64,000 nucleotides of DNA, from the NCBI GenBank assembly GCA_902524345.1, contig CABZCX010000003.1, forward strand, positions 39,504-103,503, in the 5' to 3' direction. Position numbers and translations under genes: made by a program. Shown here one piece after another: positions 51,514 through 59,784 of the stretch; positions within the stretch are counted from its first letter, which is position 1, and every line of letters begins with the position of its first letter. The notes beneath the pieces are model-generated. The model made no database searches, was not told the DNA's origin, and was given only the letters and a program-made list of their open reading frames with translations. The stretch comes from an uncultured Pelagibacteraceae bacterium (GTDB lineage: Bacteria > Pseudomonadota > Alphaproteobacteria > Pelagibacterales > Pelagibacteraceae).

Positions 51514-51969
51514 TTATTTGTTAAGTTGGTTCTCCCATTTAAGACTAGCTCTATATAAATTAGCTTTTTTCTTAGCGTTAGTTTTAAATTTTTCAAAAAA
51601 TGTTGGTTCCCAAATTTGGAATGTCTTACCTTGACCAACAAAAATCATATTTTTTTTTATTTTTGCATGTTTTAATAACTTGGACGTTAAAGTAATTCTA
51701 CCTTCACTATCAAATTGTAAATTAACGCTTTCTGATAAAATGGAGGTTGCGAAAAAATCTCTTTTTTCTTCAAACGGATTTAATGAATCAATTGAACTGG
51801 AAATTTTTTCCATTCTATCTTGTGACCAAGCCTCGATTGATTGATTATTGAAAGACGGATAACAAATTACACCATTATATCCTAAATTAGATAAATATGA
51901 TCTAAAACTCGCAGGCACGGACACCCTTCCTTTTTTGTCTAGTTTGTTTTCGTAGGTTGATAAAAACAT
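51514..51969 (-). CDS. mraZ: Transcriptional regulator MraZ
   Basis: DKKGRVSVP and DSEGRITL repeats, FVGQG...IW. Confidence 0.96.
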   Translation of the reverse strand: MFLSTYENKLDKKGRVSVPASFRSYLSNLGYNGVICYPSFNNQSIEAWSQDRMEKISSSIDSLNPFEEKRDFFATSILSESVNLQFDSEGRITLTSKLLKHAKIKKNMIFVGQGKTFQIWEPTFFEKFKTNAKKKANLYRASLKWENQLNK

Positions 51970-51985
51970 AAAACATAAATCTCTT

Positions 51986-52021
51986 AATTCCCAATAATGG
52001 GAATTTATGGGATATTATGGG
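51986..52021. promoter_or_regulatory. Probable MraZ operator
   Basis: Three ATGGG direct repeats with 10-bp period (51997, 52007, 52017) plus inverted repeat AATTCCCA-ATAA-TGGGAATT, 17-52 bp upstream of mraZ. Confidence 0.75.
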
Positions 52022-52126
52022 TTTTTAAATAAAGTGTCAATAGTAGGTTTTTAATGAAAAATAGGAAATTTCAGCTAACTAAAAAGAAAATTAATACAGG
52101 ATGTTTATTGATAACTGTCTTGAAAA

Positions 52127-52481
52127 AGCCAGATGAACTGTAAGCCGGGTTCTGTCATTTAAATTTACCATTTATCTAGGCTCAAAATCACTCTTGAGCT
52201 CAAGCGACTAACCCTGATGACTAGCCAAGAATTGCTTTTTGTTTTTTAACGTTGTCATCTCTACTTAGTCTTGCTCTCAGTGGGGTTTTCCAGCGTTCAT
52301 TGTTACCAATAGAACCGGTGTGCTCTTACCACACCTTTTCACCCTTGCCATGTTATGGCGGTTTATTTTCTGTGGCACTATCCCTAGGGTTGCCCCCGCC
52401 AGGAATTACCTGGCACTGTATTCTTGTAGAGTCCGGACTTTCCTCTTTAAAAAATTAAAGCGATAAATCGTTCATCTGGCT
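52127..52481 (-). ncRNA. rnpB: RNase P RNA (type A)
   Basis: GAGGAAAGTCCGG and ACAGAACCCGGCTTA conserved elements; terminal AGCCAGATGAAC/GTTCATCTGGCT pairing (P1). Confidence 0.97.
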
Positions 52482-52523
52482 GGTATAATCTATAATTTAA
52501 TCGCAAAATTTCAAGTTTAATTT

Positions 52524-53255
52524 CTAATGAGAGATGAGATTTTTACTTATAGTTAAACATTCCTTATCTATTTTACCATCCACCAAATCCCTCCTAAATC
52601 TCCTTTGAAAAGCCTTAGTAAGATACTCCATATTTTTATTAAATTTATAACCTTTTATCTTTTTGTATCCAATTTTATAAAGATTTGAAATAAATATGTT
52701 TTCTTCAAATTTGGAAGAGAGTTTAGTTTTTCTAAACTTTTTAATTTTTTTTGAGTCAAGATTATGAAACCAAACTAAACCTTTTTTAGCTAGTTTTTCC
52801 CAAGGAAATTTTTCGCCTGGATCTTTTTTTCGATCTGGAGATATATCTGAATGACCAAGAATATTTTTTTTTTTGATTTTGAATTTTTTAATTAAATGCT
52901 TTAATAATCTTTCTAGAGAATAAACTTGTTTCTTAGAAAAATCCTTATATCCATATTGATGTCCTGGATTAGCAATTTCAATACCAATTGAATTTCTATT
53001 CAAATACTTATAATTTTTCCAATTTGATATGCCGGCATGCCAAGCTTCATAAAATTCAGGTACTAAAATTAAAATATCTCCATTTTGTTTTACTAAATAA
53101 TGTGAACTAACTTTAAAGTCAGGGTCCTGCAATCTTTTTATTGCATCTGATTCTTTTTTCATACCCGTATAATGGATTATTATAAACTTTATTATTTTCT
53201 TTGCTCTTTTTCGTAAGCTAAAATTTGGTGAATAATCGTTAATTATATTCATCAT
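52524..53255 (-). CDS. N-acetylmuramoyl-L-alanine amidase (AmpD/AmiD family)
   Basis: IIIHYTG, VSSHY, AWHAG, SIGIEI, GHSDI..RKKDPG, FQRRF. Confidence 0.93.
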   Translation of the reverse strand: MMNIINDYSPNFSLRKRAKKIIKFIIIHYTGMKKESDAIKRLQDPDFKVSSHYLVKQNGDILILVPEFYEAWHAGISNWKNYKYLNRNSIGIEIANPGHQYGYKDFSKKQVYSLERLLKHLIKKFKIKKKNILGHSDISPDRKKDPGEKFPWEKLAKKGLVWFHNLDSKKIKKFRKTKLSSKFEENIFISNLYKIGYKKIKGYKFNKNMEYLTKAFQRRFRRDLVDGKIDKECLTISKNLISH

Positions 53256-53358
53256 TAATATTAGTATAATTTTTGGCTATTTATAAACATTTTATGGACA
53301 TTTTTTATTATTAAATGTTAATTTACAACATCAATAATAATATATAAAATGTTTAAAT

Positions 53359-54153
53359 ATGTTGAAGAAATTATCAATAATTTTAATTTCAGTTTTTTTA
53401 TTAACATTCAATGCTAATGCTGGATCTGATGGAGAATTAAAGTTAGAAAAACAATCAAAAAAAGTTAAGGATTGCTTCGAAAATTTAAACAGGGCAACTT
53501 TTGCTTTTAATCAAAGCCTAGATAAGGCTATAATTAAACCACTTGCTGAAAATTATAGAAAATTACCTGATCCTGTTCAAAAAGGTACTCACAACTTTGT
53601 TACAAATTTATCAAATTTAGTCACAATACCAAATAATGTCTTACAGGGTGATATTAAATTAGCCATCATTAATACGGCTAGGCTTGCAGTAAATTCAACT
53701 GTTGGAATATTGGGAACTATTGATGTTGCAAATAAAATTGGTTTTCCAAAATATGAGAAAGAAGACTACGGTCAAACTTTAGCTACTTGGGGAGTCGGTC
53801 CAGGTTGTTATGTGGTTTTGCCAGTGTTAGGACCCTCAACTTTAAGAGACACAACTGGTTCTTTCATGAATGTATTGGGTGGTGATCCTTATTATAACGC
53901 CTCTATGCATGGTAATAATGAATTTTTAAATGAGAGTTTTTATATGGCAACAAAAGCTGTGGAAGGTATTGATTTCAGATCAAATAATATTGAGTCATTT
54001 GATAATTTAGAAATTAATTCTATTGACTTTTACGCTTCGGTAAAAAGTTTATATTTGCAAGACAGAGAAAATAAAATTAGCAATATAAGAAAAGGCAATA
54101 TTGAGATTTTTTATAAAAATGAAGAAGATTGGGAAGAAATAGATAATAATTAA
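53359..54153 (+). CDS. mlaA: MlaA/VacJ outer membrane lipid asymmetry protein
   Basis: FENLNRATFAFN, EDYGQTLATWGVGPG.YVVLPVLGPST.RD. Confidence 0.93.
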   Translation: MLKKLSIILISVFLLTFNANAGSDGELKLEKQSKKVKDCFENLNRATFAFNQSLDKAIIKPLAENYRKLPDPVQKGTHNFVTNLSNLVTIPNNVLQGDIKLAIINTARLAVNSTVGILGTIDVANKIGFPKYEKEDYGQTLATWGVGPGCYVVLPVLGPSTLRDTTGSFMNVLGGDPYYNASMHGNNEFLNESFYMATKAVEGIDFRSNNIESFDNLEINSIDFYASVKSLYLQDRENKISNIRKGNIEIFYKNEEDWEEIDNN

Positions 54154-54174
54154 AATTAAGTAAATATCTTGAAA

Positions 54175-54759
54175 ATGAAAAAAATTTTTTTTGTTTTATT
54201 GGTTTTAAATCTAAGTTTACTAAAAGCTTTTGCGGTTGAGCCTGATGTCTTTGTGCAATCTACAGTTAACAGAGCATCAGAAATATTGGCTAAAAATATT
54301 TCACAAGAGGAAAAAATCAATAATTTGAAATTAATAGCTAAAGAGACAGTTGATATTAAAGGTGTTGGTTTTTATTCACTAGGCTCAGCAAGAAAAAACT
54401 TAAACGACCAACAAAAAATTCAGTATTTTAAACTATTTGAAGATTATTTTTTAAAAAGCTTTTCTAGTAGATTATCAGAGTATACTAACCCAGAAATTGA
54501 TGTTTTATCAAAAAAAGTTTTGAGTGAAAATTATACTATTGTAAATAGTATATTAAGAGGCACAACTGAAAGACCTGAGATAAAAATCGACTGGAGAATT
54601 TACACAAAAAATAAAGACAACCCATTAATTAGAGATCTAATCATAGAAGGTTTGAGTTTAGCGAGGACCCAAAAGGAGGAGTTTGCCTCAATATTAAACT
54701 CTAATGACGGTGATATAAACGCCTTATTTAAAACTTTAGAGGAATTTACAAAAGAGTAA
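54175..54759 (+). CDS. mlaC: MlaC/Ttg2D periplasmic phospholipid shuttle
   Basis: Signal peptide, KIDWR, IRDLIIEGLSL...EF; follows mlaA. Confidence 0.9.
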   Translation: MKKIFFVLLVLNLSLLKAFAVEPDVFVQSTVNRASEILAKNISQEEKINNLKLIAKETVDIKGVGFYSLGSARKNLNDQQKIQYFKLFEDYFLKSFSSRLSEYTNPEIDVLSKKVLSENYTIVNSILRGTTERPEIKIDWRIYTKNKDNPLIRDLIIEGLSLARTQKEEFASILNSNDGDINALFKTLEEFTKE

Positions 54760-54789
54760 AATTTTATAATTTTTTTGATTTAAAATTAA

Positions 54790-55896
54790 ATGTCATCAGG
54801 CAAAAATGGTAAATTTTATACTGACCATTTGTATGGTCTTAGGGCAATTTGTGCTCTTACAGTAGCTTTGTATCACTTCAAAACTGTATCTACATCACCA
54901 ATTACAAACAATTTATTTATCGAGAATGGCTACAGATTTGTCGATATTTTTTTTTGTCTAAGTGGATCTATATTATATTTAAAGTACTCTGAAATAAAAA
55001 AAGAATTTAGAAGTATATATATTTTTTTAAAAAAAAGATTTTTTAGATTATTTCCGCTTCATCTATTACTCTTATTTTTATTTTTTTTGATTGAAATTGC
55101 TAAATTTTTAGTTGAAAAAAAATTTAATTTGTACGGTAATACTCACGCGTTTGAAATTCTAAATATTGAGAGTTTTTTTTTAAAGTTATTGATGCTGGAG
55201 GGTTTTTGGGGTGACGTTAATGCAACATTAGCTCTAAATCCAGTATCCTGGTCAATTTCTGTAGAATTTTTTTGCTATATTCTTTTTATCTCCATATTAG
55301 TTTTAAGTAGTAGGTCATTTAGCATTTTCATATTTATTTTTTTAGTTTTATCAAGCTTGTCTATTCTTGCTTATAATAGAAGTTTTTTTGAAATTGGAAA
55401 TTTAATGTGTTTAATGAGAACTATTTATAGTTTTTTTCTTCCAATAATAATTTTTATTTTATTAAAAAAAGTAGATTTTAAAACTAATAATTTTTTTATA
55501 TATATAGTTTTTTCTCTTCTAATATATTTAATTACTTTAAATACAATTTTATCTTATATTTTATGTCCAATACTAGTAAGTCTGTTCATAAATTTAACTC
55601 TAAATAAAAAAAAAAATAATTATTTGATATCTATATTAAGTTCTAATTTTCTTAAATTTTTAGGTAAGATTAGTTATGGTATTTATATGTTTCATGTCTT
55701 GGTTTGGTGGGTTACATCACAATTTTTGAGATTTATACTAAAATACCAAACTAAATTTATTCCCTCTAAAGAAATAACAATTTTAGATTTAAGTGTGCTG
55801 GAGAGTAATTTAGTTTTAATATTGGGAATTACTGTAACAATAATTATTTCAAGTTTAAGTTACCATTTTTTTGAAAACAGATTTTATAAAAAATGA
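54790..55896 (+). CDS. Acyltransferase family 3 (OafA-like membrane O-acyltransferase)
   Basis: LYGLRAI..L.V.LYH, VDIFFCLSG, RFFRLFPLH, WSISVEF, LGKISYGIYMFH, SYHFFE. Confidence 0.9.
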   Translation: MSSGKNGKFYTDHLYGLRAICALTVALYHFKTVSTSPITNNLFIENGYRFVDIFFCLSGSILYLKYSEIKKEFRSIYIFLKKRFFRLFPLHLLLLFLFFLIEIAKFLVEKKFNLYGNTHAFEILNIESFFLKLLMLEGFWGDVNATLALNPVSWSISVEFFCYILFISILVLSSRSFSIFIFIFLVLSSLSILAYNRSFFEIGNLMCLMRTIYSFFLPIIIFILLKKVDFKTNNFFIYIVFSLLIYLITLNTILSYILCPILVSLFINLTLNKKKNNYLISILSSNFLKFLGKISYGIYMFHVLVWWVTSQFLRFILKYQTKFIPSKEITILDLSVLESNLVLILGITVTIIISSLSYHFFENRFYKK

Positions 55897-55925
55897 CGAT
55901 TTGAAGTATTCTAATTAATATAATT

Positions 55926-56002
55926 TGGTGGGCCCGCCAGGACTCGAACCTGGGACCAATACATTATGAGTGTACTGCTCTAACCAACTGAGCTACAGGC
56001 CC
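55926..56002 (-). tRNA. tRNA-Ile2(CAU), lysidine type
   Basis: GGGCCTGTAGCTCAGTTGG..., anticodon loop CTCATAA, C4/C5 acceptor-stem bases typical of TilS substrates, encoded CCA. Confidence 0.93.
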
Positions 56003-56105
56003 TTGAAATTAATTAGGTATTACACCAATTTTAAAATTCATACAAGTTAACTTTACAAACAATAGATTGTATTTTTCTAAAATTTTAGACACAAACTTTG
56101 CATTC

Positions 56106-56126
56106 GTTGGTAAATCCGTTGGTAAA
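56106..56126 (+). repeat. Tandem GTTGGTAAA repeat pair (left end of cassette)
   Basis: Copies at 56106-56114 and 56118-56126. Confidence 0.9.
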
Positions 56127-56132
56127 AATTTT

Positions 56133-58220
56133 TTATAAATTTTTAAAGGTTTTTTCAGAAATTCCATTTATTCTTAATTTCTTATATTTTAAAATTTCTT
56201 TAGCAACCTTTAAGAAAGATGTATTTTTTAATTCTTCAGCTTTTTTGAAGTCATAACCATAAATCCAGATATCTTTTAATTTATTTAATTTTTTGAATAT
56301 ATTAAAATCAGTATAACCATTCGCTAAACGAGTTATAACACCACCTTCTTGATTATTCTTAGTAAAGTAATTGTAATATCTTAATTTTTCAAAAGTTTTG
56401 ATTTTTTCGAAATTTGGAAAATCATCTACCTGTAAAATTCTATGCATAAAATATAAATCATCATAACTTCCTGCATATCCTTTATGATTAATAAATTCGT
56501 CTGTAGGTTTGTCATCCTTTACTTCTTTAGGAATAACAATTTCAAAGTCCTTTAATTTTTTGGGATAAAGATTTTTTGGAAAACCAACACTTGGTGGAGA
56601 TCTTAAGTAACTATCAGCATTTAAAGTAAATCTTTCTAGATTCGGCAACTTATATAAGTTTTTGAAAAAAGACGTAGCTGTTTTCCAATCAATGATACAG
56701 GTATCCAAATGTAAATGTTTTAGTTTCTTTAGTTTTGATAGTGGTGTCCAATCTTTAATATACTTAATATTGGCTAACACTAATTGTTCAATATCTTTAA
56801 GTTTTTCGATTTCTTTCAAACTTTTTGTGTCTCTTAGATCTATTTTATCAATCTGAGCGTATTTAAGCTTTTTATCAACCGCATTTCTTAAATATGGACT
56901 TTCCTTATTTATTTTGTTTGCTATTAATTTTCCTTTTTCATTTTTGTTTAAATAGCAACCTTTAATACCTTCAACCACGATTTTGACATATGCATTTTCA
57001 TAACCATCTGAATCTTTAGTATCATAACAATGTAAATATACCGGGTAAGAACCCTTTTTCATTGGCAAAATGATTTTGGTTAAAGAAAAATCAATATCAT
57101 TTTTAAATTTATAACCATCGAACAGCTCTGATACTCCTGCTGATATTAAATCAGTTGATATTTCCAACTTCTTGTCACTTATTTCTCTCTTTTTTGATTT
57201 TTTTCCAAATGTTGGTAGATCTAATTCTTGGGGCTCAATATCTTTAATTATGCCAATAATGAAATCTTCGAATTGCTTTTTTCTAATTTCAAAACCTTCT
57301 TTAAAATTTTCTTTGAATAAAATTTTTGACTGTTTTTTTAGTATTTGAATAGCTTTTGGTAGTCGACTAGATATATATTTTCCGGAAAGTTTTACATTCT
57401 CTTTTATTTTTAAATTAGTCTCCCATCTTTTATAATGTTCACTTTCATCTTTATTTGCTAGATAATCCTCAAAAATATATTTAGTTGGATAACAATTTTC
57501 ATCTAATTGATTGTTAAATAATTCAGTATAAGAATAATTAATTGGCTCCTGATGAGGTTTTAACTCTTTATGTATAACCGATGAACTAAAACTAGATGAT
57601 TCAGGTTTATTTATAAGACCATATGAAAATTTAACACTAAATATTGGTGAAGAGTTTTGAAAAATTCCGTCTTTTTTAAAATGATCTAATTTAATAATTT
57701 CATTTAAATCCCCATCTTCATCTAACGTATCATTGTTAACACCTAATAAAGATCGTAATGGTCCACCAAAATCACCGACAGCTATTAAACCTGATTTAGT
57801 ATTTAGATCAAATAACTTAATTCTATTTTCTTTTAATTTACCAAAAAATTGATCATTAAAATCTTCTTTATCCCACCACCAGGATAAATAACTTTGCCTA
57901 TCTTTAGGATGTTGAACATATTCGGCAACTTGTGCATCAGCAAATATTTTTCTTATTCTATTTTTAGCATCTACACCAATGTAAACAGAATAGCCGCCAT
58001 CTGCTGAAGTTCCAAAAGATATAGAGTTATATTTTGATGCATCTTTTTTTTTGAACTCATCAACCAGCTCTTTTACAGGACCACCTGTTCCCCATCCAGT
58101 TTCAAAATCATTTGTTAATCGCTCACATAAATCTCCAACTGTAACCGTTGCAGCATCAACAGCATTCATTTCCAACAAATAAACATCTGTTATTGGAAAT
58201 GGATCTCTGAGTTTTTTCAT
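56133..58220 (-). CDS. 695-aa hypothetical protein: DUF4241-like motifs at the N-terminus, LRR-like C-terminus
   Basis: AVDAATVTVGD, FGTSADGGYSVYIGVD, LFDLNTKSGLIAVGD, KKGSYPVYL; LxxLxLxx repeats (LKDIEQLVLAN, LKKLKHLHLDT, LPNLERFTLN). ORF is solid, domain calls are by eye. Confidence 0.6.
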   Translation of the reverse strand: MKKLRDPFPITDVYLLEMNAVDAATVTVGDLCERLTNDFETGWGTGGPVKELVDEFKKKDASKYNSISFGTSADGGYSVYIGVDAKNRIRKIFADAQVAEYVQHPKDRQSYLSWWWDKEDFNDQFFGKLKENRIKLFDLNTKSGLIAVGDFGGPLRSLLGVNNDTLDEDGDLNEIIKLDHFKKDGIFQNSSPIFSVKFSYGLINKPESSSFSSSVIHKELKPHQEPINYSYTELFNNQLDENCYPTKYIFEDYLANKDESEHYKRWETNLKIKENVKLSGKYISSRLPKAIQILKKQSKILFKENFKEGFEIRKKQFEDFIIGIIKDIEPQELDLPTFGKKSKKREISDKKLEISTDLISAGVSELFDGYKFKNDIDFSLTKIILPMKKGSYPVYLHCYDTKDSDGYENAYVKIVVEGIKGCYLNKNEKGKLIANKINKESPYLRNAVDKKLKYAQIDKIDLRDTKSLKEIEKLKDIEQLVLANIKYIKDWTPLSKLKKLKHLHLDTCIIDWKTATSFFKNLYKLPNLERFTLNADSYLRSPPSVGFPKNLYPKKLKDFEIVIPKEVKDDKPTDEFINHKGYAGSYDDLYFMHRILQVDDFPNFEKIKTFEKLRYYNYFTKNNQEGGVITRLANGYTDFNIFKKLNKLKDIWIYGYDFKKAEELKNTSFLKVAKEILKYKKLRINGISEKTFKNL

Positions 58221-58267
58221 ATTTTATATTAAAATAAAATTTAATCTTTGTCTGAAGGATATCATTT

Positions 58268-58288
58268 GTTGGTAAATAGTTGGTAAAT
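58268..58288 (+). repeat. Tandem GTTGGTAAAT repeat pair (right end of cassette)
   Basis: Copies at 58268-58277 and 58279-58288. Confidence 0.9.
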
Positions 58289-58361
58289 TTTTATTGAAAA
58301 AAAAGGCCTCTAATGGAGGTTAGTTTTAAACACTTATTTAAGATTTTTTTTTGAGTCGTAA

Positions 58362-58401
58362 ATTATGAGTGTACTGCTCTAACCAACTGAGCTACAGGCC
58401 C
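58362..58401 (-). pseudogene. 5' half of tRNA-Ile(CAU) (nt 1-40), att-site remnant
   Basis: Exact copy of the tRNA 5' end through the anticodon loop; diverges immediately after CTCATAAT. Confidence 0.92.
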
Positions 58402-58552
58402 AAAGAAAGTAATATTGTTCTACATCTTTTTAAAATTTTTGCTATTTAAAAATAAATAAAAACGTAATTTGTCCTTTTATAACGTCATGTTCAATAAATA
58501 TTTAATGATAAATTGAAGTGCGGTATTTCAATACTAATATGCTTATATTACT

Positions 58553-59257
58553 TTAGCAAATTTTTTTAAATCTTTTTACATTCATCGTTGAGTTTAGTGG
58601 GAGACTGTTTTTTTTAATCTTTAAAACCTTTTTTTTAATTTTTTTATTATCTTTTTTAGCAAAATTATAAACGGACTGCACTGGGCCTCCTATATTAATG
58701 ATACCTTTCTTGTTTAGTAATTTGAAGAAAACTTTTACAAGATCCTCATGAAACATAAAATTTGTTTTTAAGTTTGTATATGCATAATTGTATGCAAAAG
58801 GTTTCTCAATCATACAAATTCTTAATATAAGAGAATTTTTCAACATTTGAACTGCACATTCACCTCCTAGTTTAGACCAGGCATAATTATTAATTGGGAG
58901 CAATGGGTGATATTCTTTGTAATTCCCTTTTTTAGAGGGGTAAACGTAATTTGTTGAAAAATAGATGAGCTTAATCTTATATTTTTGACAAAGGGTTACT
59001 ATATTTGCTGTACCAATAATATTTGTATTAATGCTTACATCAATTTTTTTTTCATGAAAAACCATTGGTCTTGAAATTGCTGCAGTGTGAATAATAATTT
59101 TTGGTTTTATTTTTTTAATATATTTCTCCATTTTGTTAAAATTCGTAACATCGAACACTTTAGATGATGGATAGCTAATATTTTTTTTATTTAAATAAAA
59201 TTTTTTAAACACTTTACCAAACCTTCCACTACCACCAGTAAAGATTATTTTTTTCAT
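58553..59257 (-). CDS. rmlD: RmlD-like dTDP-sugar reductase (short, 234 aa)
   Basis: TGGSGRFG, IHTAA, FSTNYVY, YAWSK (YxxxK); last gene of the rml cluster. Confidence 0.75.
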   Translation of the reverse strand: MKKIIFTGGSGRFGKVFKKFYLNKKNISYPSSKVFDVTNFNKMEKYIKKIKPKIIIHTAAISRPMVFHEKKIDVSINTNIIGTANIVTLCQKYKIKLIYFSTNYVYPSKKGNYKEYHPLLPINNYAWSKLGGECAVQMLKNSLILRICMIEKPFAYNYAYTNLKTNFMFHEDLVKVFFKLLNKKGIINIGGPVQSVYNFAKKDNKKIKKKVLKIKKNSLPLNSTMNVKRFKKIC

Positions 59258-59784
59258 CTTTTATTTTTTTTGAAATCTTTAAAAGAGATAGCAGATTTAT
59301 CTCTTTTGGAGATGATTGGTTTTTTTAAACCCCAATTAATTTTTAAATCAACATCATTCCATTTTATAGATACCTCACTTTTTGGATCTCTATAATCCGA
59401 ACAAGTGTAGTGAACAATATTTTCTCTATCTAATGCAAGAAATCCATGGGCAAAGCCTTTAGGAATAAAAAAAGATTTAGAGTTTTTCTCACTTATTATT
59501 GTTTTGTAATGTTTTCCGTAAGTTTTAGAATTTTTTCTTAAATCAACAGCTACGTCTAAAATTTTACCTTTTAAACATGTAATTATTTTATCTTGAGATC
59601 TTTTTGTTTGTAAATGTAAACCTCTCAAGACATTTTTTTTTGATTTTGAAGTTATTGAAAGAGTCATATTTTTATTTAAATTACTTTTTTTAAAAGTTTC
59701 TTTTAACCATCCTCTTTGATCAGTAAATTTTCTACCTTGTAAAATAAAAAGGTCTTTTATATTAGTTTTTTTTTTTTTCATCAC
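59254..59784 (-). CDS. rmlC: dTDP-4-dehydrorhamnose 3,5-epimerase
   Basis: DQRGWLKE, LRGLHLQ, DVAVDLR, GFAHGF, SKRD. Confidence 0.96.
   Translation of the reverse strand: MMKKKKTNIKDLFILQGRKFTDQRGWLKETFKKSNLNKNMTLSITSKSKKNVLRGLHLQTKRSQDKIITCLKGKILDVAVDLRKNSKTYGKHYKTIISEKNSKSFFIPKGFAHGFLALDRENIVHYTCSDYRDPKSEVSIKWNDVDLKINWGLKKPIISKRDKSAISFKDFKKNKR

Larger units (their letters stand above)
55963..58401 (-). mobile_element. Integrase-less cassette inserted in tRNA-Ile(CAU), bounded by 40-bp direct repeats
   Basis: 55963-56002 equals 58362-58401 (ATTATGAGTGTACTGCTCTAACCAACTGAGCTACAGGCCC); one cargo ORF; tandem GTTGGTAAA motifs near each end. Confidence 0.85.

Noticed and set aside
52252-52458. 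68-aa ORF
   Set aside because: Antisense to the RNase P RNA gene.
54940-55620. Long A/T homopolymers in the acyltransferase as phase-variation tracts
   Set aside because: Runs of 8-11 A/T are common throughout the window and the frame is intact.
55926-58401. Prophage or CRISPR interpretation of the repeats
   Set aside because: No phage structural, replication or integrase genes; only two 40-bp copies 2.4 kb apart, matching a tRNA, with no repeat-spacer periodicity or cas genes.
58510-58535. ATTGAAG...TTTCAAT inverted repeat after rmlD as a terminator
   Set aside because: Mismatched AT-rich stem on the transcribed strand and no convincing U-tract.
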